From: the human T2T-CHM13v2.0 reference genome, Homo sapiens
Assembly (NCBI RefSeq): GCF_009914755.1
Contig: NC_060929.1
Reading direction: 5' to 3' (one strand)
Length of the DNA stretch: 64,000 nt
Shown: one piece after another, positions 52,760-64,000 of the stretch
Layout of the letters: each line of letters opens with the position of its first letter
Position numbering within the stretch: the first letter of the stretch is position 1
Translations under genes and position numbers: made by a program
The notes under the pieces: generated by a model
Databases searched by the model: none
What the model was told of the DNA's origin: nothing
The model's input: the letters and a program-made list of their open reading frames with translations, nothing else

Positions 52760-53430
52760 TGCATCCCGGCCGCGGGCGGAGCTGCCCGCCAGTCTCTGGC
52801 GCGCTGCCGCACTCCTCAGCCGTTGGGCGGTTGACGGGACCGGGTGCCGCGTAGCAGGAGGTGGCGCCCGTCCCCTCGGGGTGGCGCGCGGGAGCCTGCG
52901 GTTGGGGGGCGGGGGGCGGGGGGCGGGGGGCAGGGGACGGGGGCGGGGAGGAGGGTGAGGGCTCCAGCATGGCAGGCTGCAGGTCCCGAGCCCTGCCCCC
53001 TTGCCCCGCGGGGAGGTGGCTGAGGCCCAGCGAAAATTCGAGCGCGGCGCCGGCGGGCCATCACTGTTGGAGGACCCAGTGCACCCTCCGCAGCTGCTGG
53101 CCCGGGTGCTAAGCCTCTCACTGCCCAGGGCCGGCGGCGCCAGCCGACCGCTCAAGAGTGCGGGGCGCGCCGAGCCCGCGCCCACCCGGAAGTCGCGCTG
53201 AGCCCGCGCCCACCCGGAAGTCGCGCTGGACCTGCGAGCACCGCAGGCAGCCCAGGTTCCGGCCCGCGCCTCTCCCTCCACACCTCCCCGCCAGCAGAGG
53301 GAGCCCGCTCAGGCCTCAGCCAGCACAGAGAGGGGCTCCCACGGTGCAGCTGCGGGCTGAAGGGCTCCTCAAGCGCGGCCAGAGTGGGCTGAGGCCGAGG
53401 AGGCGCCGAGAGCCAGCGAGGGATGCCAGC
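52760..53430. promoter_or_regulatory. CpG-island-like segment of LTR12 U3 with GC boxes and two ETS (CCGGAAGT) motifs
   Basis: Very GC- and CpG-rich against an AT-rich background; (GGGGGGC)x4 at ~52904-52931; CCGGAAGT at 53186 and 53214. Confidence 0.6.
53172..53228. repeat. Perfect 28-bp tandem duplication
   Basis: gagcccgcgcccacccggaagtcgcgct x2. Confidence 0.95.
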
Positions 53431-53474
53431 AAGCTGTCACCTCTCAGAAATACAGGAAGAACATCAATAATGTT

Positions 53475-53565
53475 CGAAGTTATAAAGTAGTAGGTTTCTA
53501 TCAAGAGTAAAACATAAACGAAGTTATAAAGTAGTAGGTTTCTATCAAGAATAAAACATAAACGA
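53475..53565. repeat. 44-bp tandem duplication (1 mismatch)
   Basis: cgaagttataaagtagtaggtttctatcaaga(g/a)taaaacataaa x2. Confidence 0.95.
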
Positions 53566-55459
53566 TCAAAGAATTCCTTATAAAAACATTTTTTATTTCT
53601 AGGAATCAAAACATAAATATAAAATTTGAGAGTCCACCAAAAAAAATTAGATGCCAGATTTCACTATAATTATCAGGGAAGCGCCCAAATGGGTTGTTTA
53701 CGGCGCCTCGGGGAAACTTTCTGTTTCGTGTTAAGGGTCTTGAACCATGATGTTTAGAAAACCATGGGCTGATGCTTTCAGAACCTCTGTGATTTTTGCC
53801 TCTGACACTGCATCCAATAGACTAGCATGTTGATTAGGGAAAGCTAAATTCAATAAAAGACGACTGTAAGTGGGGTCACCACCTTGAGGGGTCATGTTAG
53901 AAAAGTAGATGATAAGGTGGTATTGATAGAGTATTGAAGTCTGGGCTCAAATGGTTGCCCGGGGCCTTTCAAGACCAATGACTGATAAGAATAGGTAATG
54001 TTCAGGACATAGAGTTTAGGATTGGGGGACACTGTGAGTTAAGGGCCATGACAGAAGTCTTCATAAGTAAACTGTTAATTGACACAAGCTGCTACCTGCC
54101 CAGGTGAGCAATCTGTTGGCCCAGAGGAGAGTTGCTTACTGACATAAATTGATTTGCAGAAATTTCCTGAAGCAAACAATAAGTTATTTATTGGTTTGCA
54201 GCCTTACTTTCCTGAAAAATAATTTTCTGGAATGAATTGTGAAATCATGTTGACACAGATGGCCTCAGGTTTCAGTTCGGATAATTAAGCTGTGTAAATA
54301 TAGAAAGTCGAAGGTTTCTGGGTGCTGTTGATTCACAGTATGCAACAATGATCATATTACTTTTATTTACTATGAGCTTCAGCTGAAAATCCAAAAGAAA
54401 CTTTAATTTCAGATATTTAATGAAATCATTATAGCTGTGGTAATTTCCTTTAGCTGGGTGTGAGTGTGTGATGTGAGCGTGTGATGTGTGTGTGTGTGTG
54501 TGTGTGTGTGTACTCTGGCAGCATATTCCAAATAATTTCTGTAAAATTTCAGTTTGAAATTAATAGAAGACATATTAAATTGTTTAAACTCTTTGTTATT
54601 TAAATTCTATATTACTTTAGTCGATTACTCTGTATTATTACGGCAAAGCTTTGATATGTTGCCCTGAATTTAAATGAAAAGGCTGTTCGGCCTAAAAACA
54701 GGAATATTTTATTACCAAAAAGAATTAACTACCATATGTCATTTACAGAAAAGAGTAAATTCTTCAGGGCATAGAAAATACACATTTCCTTCTGTTTGTG
54801 TGGAAATAAGCAAAATACCTGTTATAATAGATTCCTCACAGAATTTTGTGAAGCTTCAGGTAAACTTGAAAGAGAAAAATTAAAATGCTAGAGTTTCATA
54901 ATTACAAATTGGGATATAAAAATAGAATAATTATTTGAATTTTGTATTTCTCTCCAGGGGATCAAAAGTAATATATAAACTTTTAATAAATATTGATATA
55001 GCTTCACGTTGACTCCATATGTGAGCAATTTGCTTTCTGTTAAATTCACAATTGCATAATTTTTTTCAGGCTGGAATGCACTTGGATGCCAGAGATTTTG
55101 ATTTCTTCATGTGACATAAGATGATAATACATTCCAAAGTATATATTTTTTCAACTTTGAATATATCTGGTGTATTTGGAGTAATATCTGAGTAAATACA
55201 CTTATATGTAAGAGAATCAAAGGAACAAGATATTATTTTATATCCAAGGAAATTAACACTTAGAACATAAATACGTATTGCATTACTTCATATTAAAGAA
55301 ATGTTTTACAAAAGAAAATAAAGGAGCTTATTTTATAGCCCCATTTCCACAAATAATAGCAAAGGTACATACACATATCTAATGTTTTACACACTCATTA
55401 TTGTTTCTCTTAAAATTTGTTGCTTATACTATTTTAAAAGGCAAGCCTATAGATTGTTG

Positions 55460-55490
55460 TGTGTATATACATATACACACAACATACATA

Positions 55491-55537
<47 letters not shown>
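55460..55537. repeat. (TG)n(TA)n compound microsatellite
   Basis: Read directly from the sequence; similar tracts at 54458-54510, 23666-23717 and 60245-60402. Confidence 0.9.
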
Positions 55538-57949
55538 CAGCAAGCAAGAGAATGGGCCTCTTCCTACTGAGGTTTAACATTTGCATGTATATGTATATTT
55601 TGATTCACATAGACTTATTGTTCTTTAATTACATGAACAGTGATTCCTGGTTACATTATTGGAAAATGGAAGCAATGCTCAAAGAGCATCACCTAAATTT
55701 CCATCATATTTTGCTCTCAATATGTTTTGTACATCCAAATATATTGTGATTAATCTGCATACATTTTTGCTGTTCTAGGTGACGCTGGTATGAGGCTAGG
55801 TAATACACGACCTTAGTCTGCATGTTGTACTTGTGTAACACACATAATTTTACAGTGCTAACAGGTGCTATAATAACTAACTATAGTTAATGATGAATGA
55901 AAGAAGGAAGATGTTAAGATGTTAGGGAAGGACTCAAAAGATGCAGTGCTTGAGTTAGAATTTTAAGGGAGATTATGCAAAAGCAGTCACTTAAGGTGGG
56001 TCGGGATGATCTAGAATGTGGGAATGATGTATGCAAAGTCACACAGGAGAGATACAGCATGCATGTTTAGAAAATTGTTGATTACATATGGAAAGTTTGC
56101 AGGACTTGCATCCTAGAATGTCAGGATTTTAAGCTAAGTAGGGTTCAAATTAAATTTTTCACATACTTCGCTGCATTATAATAACTAGTTTATGTTTAAC
56201 TCATCCACTAAACTAAGTTATTTGAAAAGAGATGCCAGTGTTCACTCAATCTAGTTGTCTGTCATTAATAATTTAAAAATAATTGAGATTTTAATTTTGG
56301 TCTGCTAAGCCTGTTTAATTAAAATTTGACATTAAATAAGATTTTACAGGCCTCATTTTTTTTTTCAGTCATCACAGTTTGAATATTAAACATTACTACT
56401 TTTATCTCCCTCAGTCAGCATAAAACATACTACTTATGGTTTTAATAACCAAATTCAATGAGCACCAACAAAATTTGATGTAACTATTAACTTTGAAATT
56501 TTGTTGAAATAGAACTATGCCTTGGGTATCATTCAAAGCATTTAATTGTTGCAATAAAAAACTTTGAGATAAATTGAAATGATGGACAATATGGGTCGAA
56601 AGCAACACTGGCTTGAGGGAATAGGCTAATGTTTGAGAACAGAATTGTTAAGGACAAGATTGGATGTTTATATTACTTTAGGAAAGACACACTCTAATGG
56701 AGTTTAATTCTAAAATGTTTAATATTATGAAAATATTATATGTTATATGATCATTATAGAAAATTAAAAATATAAGAACATCAGAAGCAAAATAGTCAAA
56801 GTCTACCTAAACCCAATTAGAAGTGAATACTATTAATCTTGATTTGCATGTTTCTAATCTTATTATTATCAAATTAATAAACAGCTTTCAGATATTCTGC
56901 TTCTCCCTGTTACTAGATCAGGATAATGTCATTTATGTACAGGCATCTCCTGCTTACTCAGTTCAGCATTGATCAATAAATATTTTAGACTTCTATTCAA
57001 AACACTTCCATTTTTCTTTTGCCCATATTCTTTTTATTCAGTGCTGCCTGTTTTCAAATACACAACACTTTGTCAAACAAATTCCAACATTAGATTGGAT
57101 ATAGTTGGTATCAGAGTAGTAATACACATTGCCATTCCTAATCCTCAGTGCATTGATCCTGAAAATTATTTGTAAGAATAGAAAAATACTGGATATTTCA
57201 AATTAAGTCTCATTTTGTTGCTTACCCATGAAAGACTGGAATTAACCAACATAACCATTACAAGGTGATTGAGCAAATGAATAGATGGAAAATATTATAG
57301 AAACTTTACTGCAGTTCATCAACCATTGTGGTCATTAGGCCATAGGAAAATACAGTGTGACAGTACCCCTGTCTTCTTTTCCATTTGTTAAGTCTCATAT
57401 CCAAGTAACAGTGGGTAGACCTTATGAGAACCCAAAGTGAGATAAAAATAATTTTTGGCTTTTCAATGTATCTTATTTGATCTAAGAGGTATTTCCCCGA
57501 CTTTGATGCAATAATTCTTGTCACAAAATTTGACTTTACTGAAGACCGTTTTAAGGATCTTTGCAGCTGACAGCAGTGACTTTTTTACCTCCTACAAAGT
57601 TTCAACTGACAGTCTTATTGTCTCTGACTTTCCCAAATTAATGACATAATTAGTCACCAGGGCTTTGGCTGCTCAATAGGGATTTAGTAAGCAATGAGTC
57701 ATATGTTGGGGAACACTTCAACAAACAAAATGTTGGCAGAGAAAGATGTATGAATCAGCTAGGAAGAAACACTATTCTATCACTGAGGATCTTTCTAATA
57801 TTAGATATCACAGAAAAATTTTCATATAGATTACCATATGAGTGAGCCAAAACCTCTAGGAACAAAAAAGCTTAGTATAATTATAACTCCTTGCCATGAT
57901 TTAACTTAAAATTTCTTTACTTATTTAGCAATTCTATAAACAAGAATCA

Positions 57950-59800
57950 TTTCTGTTAAGGATACTAAGGAGAGTGTTCCTATTGAATCAGAACATTTAA
58001 AAGAAATAATTGAGGGAACTCACACATGTAAAACGTCATTAACCAAACTAAAATAAAATGTGAGGGCATAAACTTAACCAGAAATGTTTAAAACCTATAT
58101 ATAAAAAAAACTAGAAAACACTTCTGAATGGCACAAATTTGGACTTGAGCACGGGGAAAGAAATTCCATGCTCTTGAAAAAGCCTTAAAATCATAAATGT
58201 GCCAGTTCTTTAAATAAACTTATATCTTCTGTGTCATAACAAAACGACATTTTCTAGAATTTCTTTTTCCAGATTTAGAAAAATAGACAAATTTACTTGG
58301 AGGAATAAAGAAGCAAGAATAGCTAGAAATATCCTATAAAATCAATGGAATTTGGAGTCAATACAAAATATTAAGCAATTCTTAAAGCTTCTATGATTAA
58401 AATGAGTTATAACTACAGATAGATGAAGATCATATAGAAAATCAAGACATTGACAGATATGGAAAGGTGGTATATAATGAAAACATTTCAGATCAATGAG
58501 GGGGAAATGTTAACCGGAAAAGAATATTAAAAAGGCAATGAACTCAATAAGACAACAAGAAGCAAACCACAGAAAAATAACTGGACTGGATTAGAAAGAA
58601 AATATTTTAGACACTTCAAAAATAAAATATTCAAATAACCAATGAACTTATTAAAAGGTTTTTATTTATATTGGTTACCTGAAAAAATAATTCAAACCAC
58701 AATGAGATGTAAGTACTTGTCATTCAGAATCCTGAATTTGAAAGGAATATTTTAGAATTCTAAGTTGAAGAGAAAGTGCAAAGTATTGATGAGAATGTTG
58801 ACTAATTAGAACACTCAAATTGATGTTATTGGCATAACTTAGTTCAAATAATTTGGATAAAGATATGTATTAGGCCCCAAAATTCTACTTGTAAAGATGG
58901 TTTCTCCAGAAATGCATGCATATATATAGCTAAAAAAAATGTGTACTCATGAAAACACTTTTCAGAATAACACCAAAATAACCCCAAACTGTGGCCCAAA
59001 AGTGGACTAAAATACTTATAAAGAGTACAGTAAACAAATAAGTTGTAATATGATCACCTAATAAAATATTAGAGAAATAAATATAAATAGTTTCATTTGC
59101 AGGTCATATAGTCAATTCGTCTCACAAATATAATATTAAGCAAAAAAATGTGGTTCAAAACACTACACACACTATTTGATTCCTTACTGGTAAAAGTTAG
59201 AATAGTGTTATGTTAGGAGGGATGGGTGGAAATCAGGTGTGTGACTATTACATTTTCTTATTCTGGATGATCATAGTATTTTAAAACTCACTAAGCTTTA
59301 AACTTATGTGCATTTACCCATGTGTATACAATACTTTAATAGAAGCTTCAAATCAATGAGAAAACATGAAACTGTCTGATGGAAAAATAGCTTGAGGAAA
59401 TGAACAGGTATAGCAGAAAAGAAGGGCTGCATATAGTTTAAAAACTTGAAGAGATGTTTAATCTCTTTGCAAATAGAAAAACATACGCATTTAAATTGAA
59501 ATACCATTTTCATGTTCCAAAATTAAAATTATTAGAAATATGATGGTATACAGTGATGGTAATATGGGAGAAAGGAAACATCCTAGGCAATTTGGCTAAG
59601 CTTTTCTGAGAAAGATTTAGGCAATATGCCATTAAAAGATTTAATGTGAACAAATGGGAAATTTGCCCACATAAATAAATGGAAAGATACTCTATTTTTC
59701 CTAATTTAATCTGAAAATACCTAAGCCCCTGATATTTTAGAGACATAATTTTCACTGCGATGGTCATAATTTTAAAAGGTTGCATCATCCATTTTTAGTT
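57950..59800 (+). mobile_element. Highly decayed ancient L1 (L1MC/ME-like) fragments
   Basis: aattccatgctcttg, gcaagaatagctagaaatatcct, aaaccacaatgagat, aaattgaaataccattttca. Confidence 0.5.
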
Positions 59801-60243
59801 AACATATATTGTACTAACATCACATATCTATGTAACAGAAAAATAGAGTCAACTCATGTAGGGACAGACATGAAAATGACAAATACATATAGAGATAGAA
59901 AGGTATCTTGTGCATTATACTGAGAAAGACAATAGAAATAAACAATTTACATGGGTTGATTTATTTTGATTAAGATATATAAGTGGTTAGATAAATGTTA
60001 AATAGGTCAGTATGTAATTACAGAAAATGACAAATTGTTATGTATGGTACATTTGTAGGCATAACACAGACATTACATTTTGGAAAATTGTGTTCTATGC
60101 AACAGTGCCAAGTCTAATGAAAGTAAGAGGAAGAGGAATTCAGCCAAAGTACCAACCCCTGTTATCCATTCCTTAAGAAAGGAACTTCTTTATACACTCA
60201 AAAGAGGGGATTCTTTTTAAATTTGTTTCCAGAGGGGCATCTG

Positions 60244-60292
<49 letters not shown>

Positions 60293-60700
60293 TTACATTA
60301 TATTTAAATGTGTGTGCATGATATATATATATACATGTATTTATTTATTTAATATATATGTGTTATCTGGGTCCTATATAGGAACACACACACACACACA
60401 CACATTTTGAATCAAACACTCTTTCGTATAATTTTGGTGACAAATGTATGCAATAAATGAGAATACTTTAACTTTCCAAAAAGCTATTCAAAAGTATAAT
60501 TTTCAAATAAAATATATGTTTGTATGACAACAAATGATTTTTTACAAATAATATATTCTGCATTATCAATCTGCCACTGGTTTTTATTAAATAAAAAAAC
60601 CTGTAAGTTTGTATGCTCTTAAAATACATATAACATTTGTAAGAATAGTTTTTATGTAAAAATAATTATAGTTCACTATAACTATGTTAAAAATAGACAT

Positions 60701-60982
60701 AGCCAGGCAAGTCGCTCATGCCTGTAACCCAGCACTTTGGTAGGCTGAGGCGGGCAGATCACTTGAGGCCAGGAGTTCAAGACCAGTCTGGCCAACATAG
60801 CGAAACCCCATCTCTAATAAAAATACAAAAATTAGCCGGGCATGGTGGCCCATACCTTGTAATGCCAGCTACTCAGGAAGCTGTGGCAGGAAGATTGCTG
60901 GAACCCGAGAGGCGGAGTCTGCAGTGAGACAAGATCATGCCACTGCACTCCAACCTGGGTAACAGAGTGAGACTCTGTCTCA

Positions 60983-61016
<34 letters not shown>

Positions 61017-61020
61017 GAAA
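60701..61020 (+). mobile_element. AluS/J SINE
   Basis: Full dimer with A/(GAAAA)n tail; TSD aaaaatagaca at 60689-60699 and 61018-61028. Confidence 0.94.
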
Positions 61021-61449
61021 AATAGACACAGATGAAGGGTGTCTTTGATTATGCAAATAGATTACCCATCTTGTACTCACTGTGTTTATTTCAATAAATG
61101 ATCCACAGAATATGCTACTTTTGATTTATAGTTTTCTTCTCCTTCACCGCTGTGGACTGGGAAAATATTTCTTATTATTTCTGCTGCAGAGTAGCAAAAA
61201 ATTATGAGCCAGAAGGAAGACCACTACAACAAGCAAAATCTCTGAGTAATCATAAAATGAAGAACTATTTCCTGTTGGGATTCACTGTGACGAATTTGAT
61301 TTTAAATTCTTGATGTTGGCATTTTATTTTTAAAACTTAGCTTTCTTGCCTATTCTGAAATTGTCAAAAATTCAGAAAAACAATCATGATCATTTGCTTG
61401 CTGACCAGTGGAGACCTACTGATTTTTAGGCTGTGAGACTACAGTAATA

Positions 61450-64000
61450 AATAAATAAAAAAGTTCATACTTCCTTCTATCGAGGGAAATTGAGCATTTT
61501 TCTCATAGTCCTAAATCACCAGATCAAGGGATATATGTAATACTTGAGTGTTGACATTTTATTAATTTTTATATTTAACTAGAGCTGTAAAGTTGAAACA
61601 AATGGGTCAATGCAGTAGCCCATAAAATATTTTAAAAACACATAAAAGAAATATCACTAAAATTTAAACATAAAAAAAATACAAAAAAACCCTGAGCTAT
61701 AGGAAGGGAAGTATCCTCTAAATGCCCAAGTTGAAGGTAGTCCTCTTAGAAAGGCACAGTAAGAAGCAGTGTTTGATGGGAACGTGATTTTTCAAGTATT
61801 TGAATTTTCAAACTCACCACATTAACTGAGTAAAATGAAAAAAATATATAAACTTCCTCTGAGGCAGAAAAAACATTTGGCATTTTCAAGATAGAATTAT
61901 AATAAAAATATCTCGCCCCAATAGAATACAAAGAAGCATCCTTAAGCAAATAGAAGGCATCTACGGAAATATCACACTGAAGTTTGAACTAATAAATTAT
62001 TCATTTAAGATCCAGAAGAAGACAAAGTGTCCTCTTTCACTATTGTTCTCTCTACTGTATGGGAGGAATTAACCAGTGAGACAAATCAAATAAATAAGTA
62101 AAACATACACAGTTAAGAAATGAAAAATACAATTCTAAATTTTTAAACAACTCCATTACCTACACATAAACTTCTAGTGACTGTAAAAATCAGCTGCTGG
62201 AATAAACTAGTAATTTTAGCCACATCATAGAAAAAATAAGTCAACCCATTAACTTATTTCTATATATTTCCAATGAGCAATTAATGATAAAAATCAAATC
62301 CATGTAAAATACTAATAAAAATAAAATATGTATATATGATTTTAACAAATTACATGCAAGATCTCTCTAAATAGGAAACTAGCAAAAGTGTTGGGAGATG
62401 TAGGAAAGTTCTAAATAAATGGAGTCGCATACAATAATTGATGGTTTTGATGTGTGTCCCTGCCCAAATCTGGTATGATGTAATCTCCAATGTTAGAGGT
62501 GAGGCCTGATGGGAGGTGATTGGATCATGGGGTGGATTTCTCATGAGTGGTTCAGCATCATCCCTCTTGATACTGTTCTCATAATAGTGAGTGAGTGAGT
62601 TCTCATGAGATCTGGTCATTTAAAAGTGTGTAGCAGCTTCCCCTTTCACTCTCTTGCTGTTCTGGCCATGTGACGTGCCTGTCCCCCTTTGCTTTCTGCC
62701 ATGATTGTGCGTTTCCTGAGTCTTCCCAGAAGCTAAGTAGATGCCAGCATCATCCTTCCTGTATAGCCTGCAGAACAGTGGGGCAATTAAACCTCTTTTC
62801 TTCATAAATTGTCGAATCTTCTGTATTTCTCTATAGCAATGCCGGAACAAACTAATACAATAATCATGGCTTGAAAGTTCAGTGAATTTTAGTGTGTAAA
62901 AGGTTTTGGTTTTTCCAAATTAATCATTCTAGAAATCCTCACCATAATCACAAAAGATATTTTTATATAAATTGACACACTGATTTAAAAATGTACATCA
63001 AGAGAGCAAAAACAAATGATAGAAAGCTGAAAAAAAAGTTGGAATACTCACACTTCCTAACACCATGCAATAACTTAAAGCTATAGTCATCGAGAGAATG
63101 TGTTATTAGTAGATGGATAAACAATTAGAGTAATGGAATGGAATAGAGTTCACAAATAGATCCATGCTTATATGAATAATATAATATCAAAGATACTGCA
63201 GTTATTCAAAGGGGAAAGATAATTTTATTTAACAAAGTGTGCAGAACTACGAGATAAATGTGAAGAAAACAAACCTCAAGTCCTTCCTCACAACAAAAGC
63301 GTGAATGAGTTCAAAATTAAAGGAGTCCAAAATATATTATGGAACAATGTGTAAAAGTGAAAGCATAGGCTTCAAATATAAAGCACAGAAAATGTCTTAG
63401 TAAACTACATGAAAGCACTTCTTTTTATCCAAACTGTGGATACATTTCTTTTTATTCAGAAAGCAATAATTATATAATGATAAACTACAGAAATGTGTAA
63501 ATATATTTATACTTTAATGTTTATTTTTAATTACACAATTATATATACTATTTATTATGAATAAGAGCAAGAATATATAAATATAATGTACAACATAGAA
63601 ACGAGAGCTATAAAAACTAACAGATGCTACACAAAAATGATATAATAGCAAATAAGCAAATGAAAAATTTCTTAATATCGTTAGTAATAAAAAATAAAAT
63701 GAGATAATTATACACATCTACTAGAAAAGCTACTATTTTAAAAATTGTGTTACCAATATTTGGCATAGATGTCAAGAAACCAGACTCTAGAGTTTGCATA
63801 CATCGACGGTGGGAGTGTAACACAGTACAGCTACTTTGGATAACTAAATCTACCTTACATGTACCAATTCTACCCCTAGGCATTTATCCTAGGGGGGAGA
63901 AAAGCATAAGTCTGTAAAAAGGCTTGCACAAGTACCTTTATTCATTATTGTCAAAAACAGACACCATGCAACTGTCCACCAAGAGCGGCGTTCTCAAGTT
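61450..64000 (+). mobile_element. Decayed ancient L1M ORF2 region, interrupted by an MST LTR
   Basis: aagacaaagtgtcctctttcac, gttggaatactcacacttccta, tggaatggaatagagttcac, caattctacccctaggcatttatcctag. Confidence 0.6.
62439..62859 (+). mobile_element. MSTA/MSTB MaLR solo LTR
   Basis: gggaggtgattggatcatggggtggatttctcatgagtggttcagcatcatccc...caaactaataca; perfect TSD ataat at 62434-62438 and 62860-62864. Confidence 0.9.

Larger units (their letters stand above)
52322..53446 (-). mobile_element. LTR12 (ERV9 LTR), missing its U5 3' terminus
   Basis: Right end gctgtcacctctca is the reverse complement of the LTR12 start tgagaggtgacagc; gctgattggtgcatttacaatc..agctagac repeats; gtgaagctgcagaccttc.cggtgagtgttacagctc. 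Confidence 0.92.

Noticed and set aside
52685-53490. Cluster of overlapping Pro/Arg/Gly-rich ORFs
   Set aside because: These result from stop-codon scarcity in GC-rich LTR12 sequence and are open in several frames on both strands.
53172-53565. Short direct repeats as a CRISPR-like array
   Set aside because: They are two-copy head-to-tail duplications without spacers, in eukaryotic DNA.
54820-55810. Possible small exons (AG...GTAA pairs near 54831-54865 and 55775-55805) downstream of the CpG-rich LTR
   Set aside because: Such motifs are frequent by chance and cannot be supported without transcript data.

Overview
This is an AT-rich, gene-poor primate genomic window, probably human or great ape (it carries AluY, an L1PA2-type element and LTR12). 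It is made almost entirely of interspersed repeats: Alu, L1, L2/MIR, MaLR LTRs (MLT1, MST), LTR12 and Tigger/Charlie/mariner DNA transposons, plus microsatellites. I see no host protein-coding gene, RNA gene or processed pseudogene, and every credible ORF is an L1 ORF2 remnant. Two structures stand out. (1) Three independent young L1 insertions, two of them twin-primed with 5' inversions, share private non-consensus variants in restricted tracts. This points to local ectopic gene conversion and leaves a ~99%-identical ~855-bp direct repeat 12,417 bp apart. (2) A 3'-truncated LTR12 has kept its CpGs, carries a tandemly duplicated CCGGAAGT (ETS/GABP) unit and has an expanded GGGGGGC array, so it may have been remodelled into a CpG-island promoter. 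I found no new multi-gene system. Subfamily calls and consensus comparisons come from recalled consensus sequences read by eye, and boundaries of the old elements are approximate.
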